Below, one piece after another: positions 1-11,229 of a stretch of DNA of 32,542 nt. How positions within the stretch are numbered: the first letter of the stretch is position 1; each line of letters opens with the position of its first letter. The stretch comes from Octopus bimaculoides (taxonomy: Eukaryota), in NCBI RefSeq assembly GCF_001194135.2, contig NC_068993.1, positions 11,669 through 44,210 of the forward strand, read 5' to 3'. The notes under the pieces were generated by a model, which saw only the letters and a program-made list of their open reading frames with translations, was not told where the DNA came from and did no database searches. Made by a program: the position numbers and the translations under genes.

Positions 1-20
1 GATGATGATGATGATGATGA
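1..20. repeat. (GAT)n microsatellite, probably the tail of a retroelement to the left of the window
   Basis: Direct reading. The same (GAT)n tail ends the RTE/SINE copies elsewhere in the window. Confidence 0.85.
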
Positions 21-1446
21 AACCCAGTCACATTACTTGTAAAAAAATAATCTTTATTGTGCTGGTTTTTCGTAAAATTCCGCGCATGGGAAAGGCAACA
101 AAATCGCCCCTCCCCACTTTGAATGGGATATTCCTATCTTAAAAAGTAATAATCGATTATCTCGGTAACCATGGGAATTGGAGGGCAATAAAAATCTCCT
201 GAACATGAGTGGACCATGCTGCCGCTCTCTGCTGAATTTCACGCGATTCCACTGCACCGTTCTCGAGTGAATCTGCTGACACTCAATTCAATCAATCAAG
301 CAATCAAGAACACTGCAATTTATAGTATAGATTATTAATTCAGTTTACTTCAGTGCCATATATCTATATCTCAATTGAATTTAGTTTACATTATTTACAT
401 TTTGGATCCCACATTTTAAATAGAAATACAGTTTGTATGCTTAATTAGAGTAATACTAATGTTAGTCATAGTATGGTTAGTGTCACAGCACACCCAATGA
501 CAACAACCACCATACACCATTGTTAGACTTCTTTCCCTTATGACAAAAAAATTATTCGACTTTATATGCATACTATTTACTCATGCAAACTTTCAAAAGT
601 TACCAAGATGCAGCAGACCTGTGATAAAATCCATTTTAGCTACGACATCCCATCTTTTAATCAGACATATCTCACACAGCATTATCCAGTCCATAGGTTT
701 TACTTCTTCTTAGGATAGTACAGGATGGTTTATCAGTTTTATGATAAGATTTATACTTCATATCACGAAATGATATGAAGCATAAATGAAAACTAAGCAC
801 TCGGTTATACTCTAACATTTTTTGAAAAGGCATACAACATTGTAATTTGATATTTCATTGTTTGTTAAAAGTTTAAAAGTTTTGTTGGAAAGAGAATGGC
901 TGATTTACATGTGGTACACTATATTCTAAGTGAAGACAAAATTTTCAGTAGTGTCTTCTCACACCACACTAACAGACCTTGTTAAAAAATTTTTTATTTC
1001 ATTAAATTCTAGTTATGATTTTTAATGTTGTTGCTTAATCCCAAGTTGACTTATAATCTAAAATGTTCCAGGTATGACCGTACCAACTTTTGCTTTTAGG
1101 CATAGCTTTTTTTGTTTTTTTTTGTAGACTAACATTAGTTAATCACTCTTTCATTTTTGAGGATGATAAAGTTTCTGGGAGATTTGGCTGCTATTTCTAG
1201 CAGGGTGAAAGAAAAGACAGACTTTCCCACAAGCTCAATTCCTCAAATGTTACAACTGAAACTGCAGACATAAAGGGAAACTGATATTAGCTATTTTAGT
1301 ATATATGTATAGCTAAAAGTTTTATTTAGAGCAGCCAGATAGATTATAAGTCCCACAAATCTATCCTGGGTATCTTAGCATCAAATACTCATCATGCAGA
1401 TCTCTGAAACTATATCCCTATGTACCTCCATATCCTTCGTGCTCAG

Positions 1447-1590
1447 GTGTAGGCATGGCTGTATGGTGAAGTTCTCTTTGCAATCACATGATAACAGGTT
1501 CAAAAACCACTGCCTAAAACTTTAGACAAATACTATTACCTCAGATCAACCAAGTATTATTTGTTGGATGGAAATTGCATAAAACTGACC
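1447..1590 (+). mobile_element. Highly degenerate tRNA-derived SINE remnant
   Basis: ggcatggctgtatggtgaag...ggttcaaaaaccactgc resembles A/B boxes. Similar remnants at 10850-10960 (+), 11230-11350 (-), 12054-12125 (+) and 28430-28583 (-). Confidence 0.4.
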
Positions 1591-1619
1591 ATATAATTCC
1601 ATACAGAGTAGGGGTACTC

Positions 1620-2645
1620 TTTCATTGGCTGTTCTTCATCGAAATTCATGAGCACTCTCAAGTCCATTTTTGTTAGATCCTTCTGCACTAGCAGCATATG
1701 GTAGCAGGTCTTGTTTGCTGTTTACCAAATATTCTGCCATGTTTCTTCCTTCAATGTTGATGCACTCCTGTATGCTAATCAGCCCATGTCCACCTTTACC
1801 TCTCTTTATGTAGAGCCTGTGTATGTTTGCCTTAGGGTGGAGGGTACCATGTATTATCATTGTCTTTCGGGTAGTACGATCGAGTTGGTCAATCTCCACT
1901 TGTATCGATTTCAGGATCGGTGCACTATAGCGGACTACAGCAACAGCCTATATGTTGAAGGCAGTCACAAGTCACAAAGTTCCTTGAGTTGAGCTTTGAT
2001 TTCAAGAGAAGTTTGAGGCATTTGAAATATGCACTGATGACTGTCTTACATTTCTTTGTGCAAGATATTGTCCAGCTCCAGGATCCCAAGGTACTTGTGC
2101 TTATTATCATCTGGGTCTTCCATTCTCTTTCAATCTGGCAATTCTATTCCCCTACAATTTACTCTTTTCCTCCATTTCAAAGTAAACACTGCAGACTTCA
2201 AGATCTCAAATTCCATCCCTATATCCTTGCTTCACATTTGCACAGTCTCAGCCTGCCGCTTCATTCAGGCTCTGTTTTTAAGAAACAGTTTTAAATCATC
2301 TGTGAAGAGAAGGTGACTGAGACGAGGTCCATTCTTTCTCAGCTCATAGTGCACACTGATTTTGCGTAGGACTACAGAAAGTGGGAACAAGGCTATAACA
2401 AATAACAGAGGTGAACAAGAGTCTCCTTGGAAGATAGCACTTTTGACTGTTATCTCGGCTAAGTGCTGGTTGTTACAGGAAAGACACGTTTTCCAACTAG
2501 GCATGCTGTTCTTAATCAGTGCATACACGTTCTCAGCTATTCTACACATGTTGAGTATTTCCAAAATCCACAAATGTGGCAACATGTCATAAGCATTTTT
2601 GAAGTTTATCCAGGCCATACATCAGTTTTTTTGGTACCGTTTACA
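1620..2645 (-). mobile_element. 5'-truncated, decayed non-LTR retrotransposon RT fragment, R4/Dong-like
   Basis: AWINFKNAYDMLPHLWI, IFQGDSCSPLLF, HLLFTDDLKLF (YxDD equivalent) and LHPKANIHRLYIKRGKGGHGL. The last motif is typical of R4/Dong-clade RTs. Frameshifts and stops present. Confidence 0.75.
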
Positions 2646-2646
2646 G

Positions 2647-2681
2647 TTATTATTATTATTATTATTATTATCATTATTATC
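2647..2681. repeat. (TTA/TCA)n trinucleotide microsatellite
   Basis: Direct reading. Confidence 0.95.
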
Positions 2682-3228
2682 ATGAGTGAGAGAGCAGTGC
2701 ATACCATCAACGTGACACTGGGGTAAAATATACGAAGCCCATTCATGACTACCCATCTGATTAGGGTACACCAGGCACATGCTACACAACCATATGTGTG
2801 CGACATGGTGATTTCATATCAAAAACAGCACATGACCTCGCAGGTGGGGCCCAGTTAGAATTTTCTTCAGGTCGAGTAGCCCATCCCGTTCAAAAGGTCC
2901 CTGAATAAGGTTTGTTTAAGGATGTTGAGCAAAACACCCATGTTTCCAAAGGTGAATTATTCAAACCCCAAAGAATTCCTCTCAACACATGGCCATGATG
3001 CTCCCCCACTACTTCTGCTCATGATCAGAGATGCACATATCGTCAGGCACCAAGGGACATGCTCAACTGGTTAAGGTCAAACAACTGACAAGCAAATCTG
3101 TGGTATTGAGCAGAATATTTGCTGTAGCCCATCTTTTTATACCAAGACAAAACAATGTACATGATAACACTTCCAATCAGTTAAGATCAGAAGCCATGAG
3201 AGCCACTGCCTGGTACTGCATCCGGGCA
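2682..3228 (-). mobile_element. ~550-bp non-coding interspersed-repeat-like segment between two (TAA)n tracts; probable retroelement 3' UTR or non-autonomous derivative
   Basis: Higher GC than its flanks, sharply bounded by trinucleotide tracts, no credible ORF. Resembles a cephalopod repeat I recognise from memory. Single copy in this window. Confidence 0.55.
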
Positions 3229-3281
3229 TTATCATCATTAATCATTATTATTATTATTATTATCATCATCATTATTATCAA
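3229..3281. repeat. (ATT/ATC)n microsatellite
   Basis: Direct reading. Confidence 0.95.
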
Positions 3282-3578
3282 TACCATATTAATACACGCG
3301 TACATTTCAATCAGCATATTTATTGTATAAAAATTAAGCAAAGAGGAGGGAGGTTGGCTGAAATACATGTGGCCTTAGCTGACAAGATGTTGATGGGAAA
3401 GAAGAACAGTAGAAACATTGACCAAGTCACATTTGAATAAAATTAAAACTTAACTGTTGATTCAACATAAATAAAAAAAATATATTTGACCTTCATATTT
3501 TCAGATACAAACAAAATGGCATTTGAAACTAGAAAAATTATGAAATCTGATAAATATCATAGAGAGATCCTTACTTAC

Positions 3579-3666
3579 AGGACTTTTGTAAATTTGATCC
3601 AGCAAAATTTCTTTTTGTAACTTAATACATTTTTTGGAATTGACATCATTGACAAGCTTTAGAATC
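3579..3666 (-). CDS. DCAF17: DCAF17-like coding exon, 88 nt, phase 2/0: ILKLVNDVNSKKCIKLQKEILLDQIYKSP
   Basis: ttctttcatcaccAG|gattct...agtcct|GTAAGT. ag|g = Arg, then ILKL, matching human KVLKL. Confidence 0.85.
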
Positions 3667-4369
3667 CTGGTGATGAAAGAATGAACATAATTATTATTAT
3701 TATAATGACAATAAATACCACCACCACCACCACTACAACTAAAAAAGTCCTTATATTTCAGGGAAAGAAATATAAGTGTTTCTGCAAATCATATTGTCTG
3801 CTTGTAAGTGAATATGGTGACAATGTTTATGCCTCTCATATACAAAAGTTCATAGCTCACTACTTTATGTGGAGACCAGTGGAATAAAAACCAGAGTTGG
3901 TGACAGGAGGGGCAGCCAACTAGATACCACAGTCACCAATAACTTTTGTCCAATTCATACCAGCAGGAAAAATGTAAAAGTCAAATTTTAATATTGGACT
4001 GTCCTCCTTGGCTTAAGCTGTGGTTAATGTATAAATAGAGTAGAGTCAGTATACTGTCAGTTTTATATAAACAATGCCATCGTTAATAAGATGTGAACTT
4101 ATGATGTGTATGTAATGGAGTTGTGAGAGTTAACAAGATTGGTAGTCCTGCCATTAATTTTGCTGTAACGAGAAACATTATTAATACAGCTTAGCTGCAG
4201 TGAACATGAATTAAACAGTCCCTTTTACATGACAAATGCTGAATTTGTCTGGTGGCAAGGACGAGAGCGCTCAGTGATAGGATTTAAACATTTGGTCTCT
4301 GTATATTAGAAGCAATGATACTGATAAAGACACTGGATTCAAGCTGTGTACATACACTGTACATACAGA

Positions 4370-5032
4370 GAGGGATTGCTCAGTGCCTAAAACATCGAGC
4401 AAAGAATATAAGTAGCGATCGCGATGCCCACCACGAAGAAATGATCAAGCTCAGTAATAATCTATTAAGCAACAACTAACCCAAAAACATATTACCCACT
4501 CCAATTATGAAGAAAAGAGAGGATGAAACCAATAAATTGTCCACAGTCTGTTTACTCTATGTGAAAGGCCCCTCCGAAAAGATGCAAAAGATATGCGGCC
4601 CATATGACATCAGGGCAGTATTCAAGAATAATACAACACTTTGCAAATATCTCCTTTGAGTAAAACCACCAATAGAAGAGAATATGACCAAAAACTGCGT
4701 GTACTCCATCTCATGCAGCTGTGGTGGGTTATACAAAGGCAGGCGAAACATGCCGCCCCCTTAAAATAAGGGTAGAGGAACATTGCAAAGCTGTGACATG
4801 GGAAGATATTGATAAATCGGGTATAGCTGATCATGTATGGAAAAATGGAGACCACCTCCTCCTGTGGGATGAAGTTAAAATAATAGAGAGAGAACACCAC
4901 TGGAAAATACGAAAACTAAAAGAAGCAGCACATATGCTAGGACACAACAACCTCCTAAGTAGACCAAGTGCAGATATGAATAGCATATGGGAACCAATAT
5001 TAAGGAAGGATAGGAGAATATTAGATTTATAA
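4370..5032 (+). mobile_element. 5'-truncated Penelope-like element: RT thumb/linker plus C-terminal GIY-YIG endonuclease (pseudogenised)
   Basis: ...VCLLYVKGPSEKMQKICGPYDIRAVFK...KNCVYSISCSCGGLYKG/ETCRPLKIRVEEH...SGIADHVW...WDEVKIIEREHHWKIRKLKEA. Two in-frame stops and a 4-nt duplication (aggc) frameshift at ~4740. Confidence 0.9.
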
Positions 5033-5061
5033 TCCCTAAAATTCACTCCATAATTGCCCAT

Positions 5062-5190
5062 GGGGATATGGTATAGTGGTTAAGAGCATAGGCTACTAAC
5101 CCCAAGATTCCAAGTTAGATTCCAGGCAGTGACCTGAATAATAATAATAATAATATCAAAAAATACCTTAAGAATGAGAACCCAGGTTCG
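5062..5190 (+). mobile_element. tRNA-like segment (A box, anticodon-like loop, degenerate B box), then (AAT)n and a unique tail, directly after the PLE ORF
   Basis: ggggatatggtatagtggttaagagc...ggCTACTAAcccc...aagttagattcc. The 3' part (gattcca.gcagtgacct.aataat...aaaaatacct.a.gaatgagaacc.agg) recurs at 31936-32049. Confidence 0.65.
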
Positions 5191-5270
5191 AAGACAAAGC
5201 AAACTTACAATCCTAAGCATTTCAGCCATGACCATTTTGCTAATTGTCTATGAGGGACTACATTACTGTT

Positions 5271-5505
5271 CTTATTTCTTTATTGCCCACAAGGGGCTAA
5301 ACATAGAGGGGCCAAACAAGGACAGACAAACGGATTAAGTCAATTATAATGACCCCAGTGCATAACTGGTACTTATTTAATCAACCCCAAAAGGATGAAA
5401 GGCTAAGTCGATCTCGGCAGAATTTGAACTTAGAACATAGTGGCAGACGAAATACCGTTAAGCATTTCGCCCGGCGTGCTAACGTTTCTACCATCTCGCT
5501 GCCTT
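5271..5505 (-). mobile_element. Near full-length tRNA-derived SINE with a Nin/Deu-like central domain
   Basis: Minus strand: A-box-like tggtagaaacgttag, B box gttcaaattc, central gcctttcatccttttggggttgattaaataagtacca, A-rich 3' end. Confidence 0.75.
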
Positions 5506-6138
5506 GTTCTACTGTTCTACTGTTTTTGATAGTAAGGTGTGATCTGAGGTACATTTAGCTGCTATTTATAGCAAGTCAGGCAACTACATAGAGGCTCCTT
5601 CATTAGCTTGATTTTGCTTTTATTGTGAAACAGGCTGTTCAAATATAAACACGTGGTCTTTATTTTAAAGATAGCAGGGAAGTTGTTATGGAAAGGATTT
5701 CACTGCTATACAGAACATTGTATGCATTATTCTTACTACTTATTCAACTGAGTAGGTGTTAACTGTTCATTTGCATGAACAGTACTTGCATTATGCAGAG
5801 AATAGTTGAAAATGTTAATAATTCTGTTGAGAGATTAAATATTTTGTGTCTTTGAAGTGAAAGCCTTGCCTTTGTGATACAGCTTTTACAATATGACAAA
5901 ATATTAGTAGGAAGATTTGAATTTCAGTTCTTGTATTGGTCTTTAGTAAGCAAATACAATAGCTATTGCATCAAATACTAAAATGATTAAAGAAAAAAAA
6001 GTTTAAGGAAATTGGTGGTGGTTTATGATGGCAAAAATTATGCAGTGAAATTAGTAAATTTGGATATATTGGTATACCATGGGGAAAAGGAGAATACTAA
6101 AATGATTACATGGTCAATAGGTCAAGAAACAAACTGAC

Positions 6139-6251
6139 CTTATTGTTGAACCACCATAGAGAATTATTTTGTTGTGTACATCTGGATGGAAAACTGCAGT
6201 GTCATCTTCAATGCTTTTCTCATTGCCAAGATCAAGAAGTCCACCTTGTAT
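6139..6251 (-). CDS. DCAF17: DCAF17-like coding exon, 113 nt, phase 0/2: IQGGLLDLGNEKSIEDDTAVFHPDVHNKIILYGGSTI(R)
   Basis: ttgtctgttgtAG|atacaa...ataag|GTCAGT. FHPD motif as in human ESDWIYFHPDASGRIIHVG. Confidence 0.92.
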
Positions 6252-6330
6252 CTACAACAGACAAGTAAATTCATGTAAACAAAACCCATGGAGTGACTTA
6301 TTCAGCTGAAGACAGAGAGTTATTTATTTC

Positions 6331-7690
6331 ATCATTATCATCATTGTTTAACATGTTTTCCATGTTGGTATGGGTTGGATGGTTTGACTGGGGACTGGCA
6401 AGCCAGTAAGCTGCACCAGGTTCCAATCTGATCTGGCAAGGTTTTTGCAGCTGGATGTCCTCCCTAACACCAACCGAGAGTGTAGCGGGTATCTTTTACG
6501 TGCCACTGGGATGGGGGCCAGTGAGGCAGCACTGGCATCAACCACGGTCGAATGGTGCTTTTTACGTGCCACCGGCACAGGAGCCAGTCAGGCAGGACTG
6601 GCAATGACCATGCTTGAATGATGCTTTTTACATGTCACTAGCATGGGAGTCAGTCTGGTGGCATTAGCATCGACCACACTCGAATGGTGCTTTTTACATG
6701 CCAGTCAGATGATACTGGCATCAGCCATGATAATGATTTCACTTAACAGGTCTTCTCAAGCACAGCATATTGCCCAACGAGTGAAGGGTACTCTCAAATG
6801 GGTCGGTTATGCAATACTGGTATAAATCACGGCTATGATCTCACTTGGCTTCCCAGGTCTTCTCGAGCACAGCAAATCTCCAAAGGTCTCAGTCGCTTGT
6901 TATTGCCTCTGTGAGGCCCAATGTTTGAAGGTTGTGCTTCACCACCTCATCCCATGTCTTCCTGGCTCTACCTCTTCCACAGGTTCCCTCCATAGGTTCC
7001 CTCCACAGTTAGGTAGTGGCACTTCCTCACACAGCTGTCCTCATCCATACATAACACATGACCACACCAGTGCAGTCATCTCTCTTGCACACCACATCTA
7101 ATGCTTCTTATGTCCAACTTTTCTCTCAGGACACTTACACTCTGTCATGTATGCACACTGACATTACACATCCAGCGGAGCATACTAGCTTCATTTTGTT
7201 CAAGCCTACACATGTCCTCAACAGTCACAGACCATGTTTCCCTGCTGTGTAGCATGGCTTTTTACACACATGCATCATGCAGTCTACTCTTTCACTCTGA
7301 GCGAGAGTCCCTTTATTACCAGCAGAGGTAGGAGCTCTCTGAACTTTGCCCAGGCAATTCTTATTCTAGCAGCTACATTCTCAGAGTATCCACCCCAGCC
7401 ACTGACTTGGTCACCTAGGTAACAGAAGCTATCAACTACTTCTGGTATTTTCCCCTGGCATGTGATGGAAGCTGTTTTCTGCACATTTTCAGTGTTTATT
7501 GTTCCTGTGCATCTGTTACATACAAAAACTATCTTCCCAGTTAACCTTCTTTTGATATTGCTGCACCTCTTATGTGTCCATAGCTTACACCAGGTACTTC
7601 TTATGGAGTTTATACCTATGTCTTACCTACAGATCGAGCAGGACCATCTACCTGAAGGGATTTGTGGTTTTTCTGAGTCACAATGATCTA
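6331..7690 (-). mobile_element. RTE-type LINE 3' portion: PHD-like insert, RT C-terminus, 3' UTR with 66-bp tandem repeats and (GAT)n tail
   Basis: EVVDSFCYLGDQ...AARIRIAWAKFRELLPLL; GTCGRGR-type C-terminus; homologous to copies at 13960-14600, 20860-21497 and 27230-28255. Confidence 0.9.
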
Positions 7691-8269
7691 CAATGATTGA
7701 CCAAGTTATTAAGATATCAGTAAACTGCTTATTATTCTGTGCCCCTAGAAGGAACACTTAACTTTCAATGGTTCTGTTCTCATTAGGAATAGATATCATA
7801 AAGAAGAGCAGCTCATTACCATAAGCACCATGTATAAATTATGGCATATCGAGCTGAGTTCAAACCTTTATTTGCATCAAAAAGGCAAATCTCAACATTT
7901 AGTACACTGACATTCATATTGAGTCAGGAAGATATCTATTAATAACACAATGTATCTTAAATGCTTGGAAAATATTAAACTCTGTAGCATCTCAAGTAAG
8001 TATCTTCTACAATAGGATAAGGATGATCAAAATCTTGTGAGTTACATTTGGTAGTCAGAAACTGTGTGAAAGCCTGGACAATTTGTTTCTGTTCTTGGGT
8101 GGTAGACTTAACTATCTGTGTTCACCACATGGACCCTGGATGCTTTTAGTGGAGTTCATTCTATTGCAGGTATTCAAACAAGAACTGAAGATAACTTTTA
8201 CCTTCCTTTCATCAGTCTTGGTGATCCTGAATAAGGGTCATGAGCACTAGACCTTTTCCTCCCAGATAT

Positions 8270-8271
<2 letters not shown>

Positions 8272-8309
<38 letters not shown>
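8272..8309. repeat. Poly(A) tract, 38 nt
   Basis: Direct reading. Confidence 0.95.
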
Positions 8310-8311
<2 letters not shown>

Positions 8312-8327
8312 AAACAAAAAACTCCAT

Positions 8328-9255
8328 ATCATCATCCTCATCATCATTTAACATCCATTGTCCATGCTGGCATGGCTTGGATGGTTTGACCAGGGGCTGG
8401 CAAGCTGGGAGGCTGCACCAAATTCCAGTCTGTTTTGGCAGGGTTTCTACAGCTGGATACCCATCCTAATACCAACCACTCCAAGAGTGTAATGAGTGCT
8501 TTTACGAGTCACCAGCATGGTTGCCATTTGCAGGACACCGGTCTCTGCCACGACTGCAGTTTTACTTGGCTTGATGGGTCTTCTTCTCAAGTACAACATA
8601 ATGCCAAATGGACTAGGTCATTTCCTCTATGAGGCCCAATGCTTGAAACCAGACATAATACTAAATGATCTCGGTCCTTGCCTCCATGAGGCTCAACACT
8701 CAAAGGTGCTTTTACATACCATCAGCATTGAGGAGCACCCAGGGGCAGCCTGTCTTAAATTCCTGGAGGACTATGATGAACAAGAGGGGGCTGAGCACTG
8801 ATCCTTGGTGAACCCCTACTTGTTCCCCTGAATTCTTCGCTGTACTTGTTGCCTATACTCACCTTACTGGTAGTGTCTCTGTATATGGCTTGTACAGCTC
8901 TCACCAGCCACTCGTCTATCCCTAATTTCCACATTGACCACCAGATAAGGGATCAGGGGACCCTGCCAAAAGCTTTCTCCAAAAGTCAACAAAAGCTAAG
9001 GACAGAGGTTTATCTCTGGCTATATATTTCTCTTGCAGCTGTCTTACCAGAAATATAGCATCAGTGGTGCTTCTCCCTGGCACAAAACCAAACTGCATCT
9101 CATCTAGACTAATTCTCCCCCTAATTAGTCGGGCAGTGACTTTCTCCATAACTTTCATCACCTGATCCAACAATTTGATACCTCTGTAATTATTTCTATC
9201 CAAGGCCTCACCTTTACCTTTGTAGCAGTTGACTATGGTGCTGCTATGATAACTT
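8328..9255 (-). mobile_element. Internally deleted RTE-type LINE copy (RT N-terminal part fused to 3' end and tail)
   Basis: YKGKGEALDRNNYRGIKLL...QFGFVPGRSTTDAIFLVRQLQEKY...LAFVDF (ORF 8922..9275). The 3' tail at 8328-8385 matches the other copies. Confidence 0.88.
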
Positions 9256-9676
9256 GCAGCAGTCAAAATGAACACAAAAATCTGTGATCAGATGATTTTG
9301 TACAAAATAGGTTCAATCAACAGTTTCCCCACATACCCCAGCCATTCCTCCACCTAAATGACATTATTAGGCAAATTTCCAAAAACCAACCAACCAACCA
9401 ATCGATCATTTATTCAATTTTATAACAATGAATGAAGTCTAAATGTTTTGCTAAACACACATTCTTTTGTTTACCATATGAAATTCTAACCCATTTCCAC
9501 TTGTTTCAGTGAATTTTGGTACAGATGGAAGTCATCTTACATGCATATCTAAATATATTGTCGTGTTTTGTACTTTACTAGTGGAAGTTCTGCTCTCACA
9601 CTACCTGACTATTGAACGCTTCAATTTATACTGAAATGTACACAAAAATGAGTAATAGCAATTCTTTGCTACTCAC

Positions 9677-9810
9677 CAAGTTGTTATCAACTAAAGACTT
9701 CACATAGAATACCCCTCGATGTTCAGATGCTAATAGCATATGAAATGGAAAGCCACCAAACTGAATATCATGATCAACTGATTTCACCCTTAGCATTAAT
9801 GGAGGCTGAG
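9677..9810 (-). CDS. DCAF17: DCAF17-like coding exon, 134 nt, phase 1/0: QPPLMLRVKSVDHDIQFGGFPFHMLLASEHRGVFYVKSLVDNNL
   Basis: ttttttttcttttttgcAG|ctcagc...aacttg|GTGAGT. Strongest match: human PPLLFEVSSLENAFQIGGHPWHYIV...KGVFHICALKDNSL. Confidence 0.95.
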
Positions 9811-10087
9811 CTGCAAAAAAGAAAAAAAAAATGCTAACATACTATATTATACTCACTTCCAAACTTTACATTCATACTAACAGAAGATGACACGACAGTA
9901 ATTGATGGTGTATAGTAGTAGACAGATAACATGACAATAATGCAGTAACAAACAGTAAAACAGTAAAAGGCAGCATGGAGTGTAAGAGATGATATGACAG
10001 TAACAAGCAGATGGTTTGACAATAATAAATATATGGTGTAGTTCAAAGAAAATTGAAGAGGAAAATAAATTGGAGAAGCTATTTTAC

Positions 10088-10187
10088 CTTTAATCTTGAT
10101 ATTAAAAGGAAGACCATGTGGATAGAGCCCTACAACGTGTCCTGTGACAGGATCTGGCTCACACAACTGGGCTTCATACAAGACATA
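10088..10187 (-). CDS. DCAF17: DCAF17-like coding exon, 100 nt, phase 0/1: YVLYEAQLCEPDPVTGHVVGLYPHGLPFNIKIK(A)
   Basis: ttctatttccAG|tatgtc...attaaag|GTAAAA. Matches human GTVGEAPFGIPCNIKITD. It is embedded in ORF-track entry 9834..10205. Confidence 0.92.
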
Positions 10188-11128
10188 CTGGAAATAGAAC
10201 AGCAACCACTTCTTAACTATATTTTAAATATCAGATTCACTGAGGATAATAAATAAGTTGTGACATTATAGTCAACGAAAGTGAATTACCTTTCAAGATC
10301 TATTACGTATTTACAGCCAACCATGATTTTTTCCCCTACAACTGCAACAATGAACCAATAATGGAGACTTTATGAGGATCTGTTATAAATAGCAGCTTAA
10401 TCTCCTGTGAATCATACTCTAGTTTCATGGTGAACAAAAGGACAGAATGGATAATGTAGTCCTGCATACCCCCAAAATAGATGAGGTAGCCATGTCTAGA
10501 ATTCCTCTGATCATAGGTCTTCAATCAGAGTTGTCTTGGAGCTAAACAAGACCTACAATTAGAAAAACTATGAACCAATTTAGAAAACCATTTCTAGCAA
10601 CCTCTATGTAGTCACTAGAAAAAGCAGTGAAGTTTCACTCAAATCAAACCCTTACTCTTTAAAAAATATTGAAAACATTGAATAATGCAGTCCTGTATGA
10701 ATAAAATATGAAATGGTAATCACTCAAATGCCTTTGACTCTTGATTTGCACACTCATTTCTGATAGGGGTCTAAATAACATCACAACTATAATTTATAGT
10801 TGTAATAACTACAACAATTACAAGTTCACTTTCCATTGCATTCGGATGTATTCAAACCCACTGCATGGCATATTAGGCAAGTGCTCCTTGACAGAACTTT
10901 TGGTTAACCAGTACTCTGTGAGGGGAAGTAGATAGAAATTGTGTGGAAGCCTCTGTGTGAGCATGCATGCAAGGGTGCACATGTGTATCTTTTTGGTAAT
11001 GTAGAAAACTGTAAACATTGTAAGAAAGCCAAGAAACTGGTGCTTTCAAGCAAATATCACAACATGCATTGTCCAAAAGCACAAGTTTATTGATTTTCAA
11101 CATTGTTTACAACTTTCTATATCATCAT

Positions 11129-11132
<4 letters not shown>

Positions 11133-11209
<77 letters not shown>

Positions 11210-11229
11210 GTGTGTGTGTGTGTGTGTGT
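11133..11229. repeat. (TA)n(GT)n compound microsatellite
   Basis: Direct reading. Confidence 0.97.

Noticed and set aside
5062-5134. Functional tRNA gene
   Set aside because: Acceptor and anticodon stems do not pair properly, the B box is degenerate, and there is no oligo-T terminator. Treated as a tRNA-derived element segment.
6496-6720. Regularly spaced repeats resembling a CRISPR array
   Set aside because: Whole 66-bp units are homologous (no unique spacers), they lie in a LINE 3' UTR in eukaryotic DNA, and there are no cas genes.
10290-10553. Apparent minus-strand acceptor and donor pair, and ORF 10336..10524
   Set aside because: Stops in all frames for the long version. The short version has phases incompatible with the phase-0 intron. 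No DCAF17 similarity.
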